Shown: piece by piece, positions 59,963 to 62,565 of the stretch
How positions within the stretch are numbered: the stretch's first letter is position 1
How the letters are laid out: each line of letters starts with the position of its first letter
Notes under the pieces: model-generated
Databases searched by the model: none
The model's input: only the letters and a program-made list of their open reading frames with translations
What the model was told of the DNA's origin: nothing
Translations under genes and position numbers: made by a program
Assembly: GCA_030615175.1 (NCBI GenBank)
Contig: JAUWZX010000001.1
Span: 1-62,565, forward strand
Length of the DNA: 62,565 bases
Direction: 5' to 3'
Source of the DNA: Candidatus Parvarchaeota archaeon
GTDB lineage: Archaea > Nanobdellota > Nanobdellia > WJKC01

Positions 59963-61333
59963 GTGATAAACTTCTCGAAATTGCTGAAGAAATATGAACC
60001 GCGATTTGATTATGCCGACATCAGGACTGAAGAAGGAGTTTCAGAAGTCATTAATTTAGAGAATAAAAATATTTCATTAATTAATAACAAGGATTTCAGT
60101 TATGGAATAAGAGTTCTTATTAACGGCGCGTGGGGCTTATCATACAGTAATGAATTAAAGAATGCTGAAAAAGTGTTTAAAAAAGCTTTAAGAACTGCCA
60201 AGATTTCAAGCAAGCACTTAAAGGAAAAAGTAATGATTGTGAAACCTGAACCAGTTAAAGCAAGATTCAGGATTAAAATAAAGGAAGACCCCTTTACTGT
60301 TGACATTAAAGAGAAGATTAATTACTTAAAAGACTACAGGAAGGCGTTAAGTAGTGAGGAGAGAATTAAGAATGCCAGGGCAATTATGACTTCAGGGCGG
60401 GTCAAGAAGAAATTCATTAATATTGAAAGCAATATTACTCAGGAGTTTAATATTAATATCTTAAGGTTCAGTGCTACAGCAAGTGAAGGCGGTTTAATTG
60501 AGCAGACTTCGAAAGGGTATTGCCGGCTTGGCGGTTATGAAGTCATCAGGGATTATGACCACTTAGGCACTGCGGACGAGATTAAGAAATCAGTGATTCA
60601 ATTGCTTCACGCAAGAGGACCTAAACCTGGCAGGATGCCTGTAGTATGCGACCCAGAAATGACAGGGTTATTCTTTCACGAAGCAGTTGGTCATGCATGC
60701 GAGGCAGACCTCGTAATTAATAAATCAAGCATTTTTTCAAACTTGCTGAACAAGCAAATCGCTAGTAATGAAGTTAACTTAACTGACGACCCTACAATTA
60801 ATGCACGTGGTTTCTACTGGTTTGATGATGAAGGCATAAAGGCAAGTGAAACAGAATTAATAACTAATGGAATCCTTAAAGGGTGCCTGCACTCAATTGA
60901 TACTGCAGGCGCTTTACGCATGAAGCCAACTGGCAATGGAAGGGTTGAAAGCCCTGCTTTCAGGCCAATTCCAAGAATGAGTAATACAGTGTTAAAGCCT
61001 GGGAAATGGTCTTTTAATGACTTATTAAAAGAGGCATGGAATGGTATTTACGTTAAAGGGTTTTCAGGAGGCATTGTTGAACCTAACTCAGGCCAGTTTA
61101 GTTTCGGCGCCAGGGAATGCTACCTTATAGAAAATGGAGAGTTAACAAAACCTCTAAAGGGCGTGACTCTTGCAGGAAGCATTCTTGAAATACTTAAAGG
61201 CATTAGTGTTGGTAATGACTTAACTAATCCATTCACTACCGGAACTTGCGGCAAGGGAGGGCAGGGAGTCAGGGTTGGTGACATGACACCGCACATATTA
61301 TTAAAGGAGGCGATTGTTGGTGGAAATGATTAA
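59963..61333 (+). CDS. tldD: TldD metalloprotease
   Basis: HEAVGHACEAD, DDEG, TGNGR, RMSNT, CGKGGQ. Confidence 0.92.
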   Translation: MINFSKLLKKYEPRFDYADIRTEEGVSEVINLENKNISLINNKDFSYGIRVLINGAWGLSYSNELKNAEKVFKKALRTAKISSKHLKEKVMIVKPEPVKARFRIKIKEDPFTVDIKEKINYLKDYRKALSSEERIKNARAIMTSGRVKKKFINIESNITQEFNINILRFSATASEGGLIEQTSKGYCRLGGYEVIRDYDHLGTADEIKKSVIQLLHARGPKPGRMPVVCDPEMTGLFFHEAVGHACEADLVINKSSIFSNLLNKQIASNEVNLTDDPTINARGFYWFDDEGIKASETELITNGILKGCLHSIDTAGALRMKPTGNGRVESPAFRPIPRMSNTVLKPGKWSFNDLLKEAWNGIYVKGFSGGIVEPNSGQFSFGARECYLIENGELTKPLKGVTLAGSILEILKGISVGNDLTNPFTTGTCGKGGQGVRVGDMTPHILLKEAIVGGND

Positions 61334-62565
61334 TATGATTAATAAAGCAGTTTCTTACGCCTCTAAATTCGGTGACGCTGAATTAAGGATTACTAAGGAA
61401 GAGGAAACAGAGGTTATTTTTGAGAATGAATCACTTAAGAATTTGAATGCTGGCGAGAATTACGGGTTAAGCGTCAGGGTTGCGAAGAATAAGAGGTTTG
61501 GTTATGCCCAGACAACTGACTTAAGCAAGTGGCGTGAATGCGTTGACAGCGCTGTTAAATTAATGAAGGTTAATGAACCATTGCTTGTTAAGCCCAGATT
61601 ATCAAGGACGAGGCTTGCCAGAGGGTTTAACGCCGGCTTTGAATTAAAAGAAGTGTCTGATGATGAATTAATTAATAATGCTTTATTAATTATTAAAGGC
61701 GCTAAAGAAGTTAGTGAAAAAATTCTTGTTTCAAGCGCAGGCATTTCTATTAATTCCATTGAAACAAGGTTCATTAATAGTGTTGGCAGTGACGCCAGTT
61801 ATACTAAGCGCCTGATTAATTCAGAAGTTCAGTGCGTTAGCGGGAGGTCAAGCGGTTTTGATTGCAGGACTAGCAGGAGGCTTAATATTGATTTCAAGTC
61901 ATTAGGTGACAGCGCTGCCAAGTTATGCATTAAATCAATTAATCCTAACAAGGTTTCTTCGCAAAAGGCTGATTTAACCATTGATTACTTAGGATTAATT
62001 CAATTGCTTGACTTACTATCAAATAGTTTACTCGCGAGTAATGTGTTGGAGAATAAGTCAGTTTTTAAGGGCAGGGTTGGCGAGTGCATTCTAAGCTCCA
62101 AAGTGTCAATTACTGATGACGCAACCCTTGCTTTAGGCATTGCTTCGCAACCGTTTGATGCTGAGGGCACTAACTCTAAGCGGGCTGAGTTAATCACTAA
62201 TGGAGTTCTTAACGGATTCCTTCATGATAATTATACTGCTAAGCGCATGAGAACAAATAGTACTGGTAATTGCGCTGGTCTCGCAACCAGGCCAAGCGTT
62301 TCATACAATAATTTGATAATTAAGGAAGGAAGAGCGAGTGATGAAGAATTACTTAATGACTGCTTTTACACTCATAGTTTAATGGGTGCTCACATGGCTA
62401 ACCAAGTGTCAGGCGACTTTGCTTTAAATTTATTGAACGCCTTCAGAATTGAGAATGATGAATGGATTCCTATTAGGGATGCAATGGTTTCAGGCAACTT
62501 ATTCAATTTATGGAATAACGTTAAGGCAGTTGGCAAGGAATTGAGAATGGATTCAAGCATTATAA
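61326..62565 (+). CDS. pmbA: TldE/PmbA family protein (partial, runs off window)
   Basis: Manual translation from ATG 61326: MINMINKAVSYASKFGDAELRI...GLSVRV; later PFDAEG, STGN, ANQVSGDF, MVSGN; overlaps tldD end. Confidence 0.88.
   Translation, partial: MINMINKAVSYASKFGDAELRITKEEETEVIFENESLKNLNAGENYGLSVRVAKNKRFGYAQTTDLSKWRECVDSAVKLMKVNEPLLVKPRLSRTRLARGFNAGFELKEVSDDELINNALLIIKGAKEVSEKILVSSAGISINSIETRFINSVGSDASYTKRLINSEVQCVSGRSSGFDCRTSRRLNIDFKSLGDSAAKLCIKSINPNKVSSQKADLTIDYLGLIQLLDLLSNSLLASNVLENKSVFKGRVGECILSSKVSITDDATLALGIASQPFDAEGTNSKRAELITNGVLNGFLHDNYTAKRMRTNSTGNCAGLATRPSVSYNNLIIKEGRASDEELLNDCFYTHSLMGAHMANQVSGDFALNLLNAFRIENDEWIPIRDAMVSGNLFNLWNNVKAVGKELRMDSSII

Noticed and set aside
2190..62197. 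Numerous 60-160 aa ORFs antisense to or nested in long genes (e.g. 22199-22951, 35142-35603, 54534-55796, 59106-59558)
   Set aside because: Shadow frames of well-supported genes; no motifs of their own

Overview
Gene-dense, AT-rich archaeal chromosome segment. It is most consistent with a DPANN (Nanoarchaeota-like) lineage: stand-alone Dph2 N-terminal gene, DPANN-type S-layer, Cys-rich surface proteins, many apparently leaderless genes. It carries translation and RNA-modification genes (rpl44e, pth2, rtcA, trm56, truD, aspS, argS), an interrupted nurA-herA-mre11-rad50 cluster, a GT2/S-layer region, a type IV pilus locus with a vWA adhesin, smc, and a regulator-cdc48-scpA-scpB-PRC-lonB-tldD-pmbA run. 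I saw no tRNA, rRNA, CRISPR array, transposase, integrase or reverse transcriptase. The best leads are: (1) a clean C/D box sRNA at 745-817; (2) a 28-codon upstream ORF that duplicates the first 12 codons of rpl44e with only synonymous changes; (3) a minus-strand G-U-rich hairpin at 11580-11632 whose loop is complementary to the S-layer mRNA leader; (4) a queuosine-salvage (DUF2419/QNG1-like) gene and an HD hydrolase embedded in the DNA end-resection cluster; (5) a recurrent 35-37 bp divergent promoter geometry and strong GATC avoidance. All family assignments come from motif recognition by eye, with no database searches.
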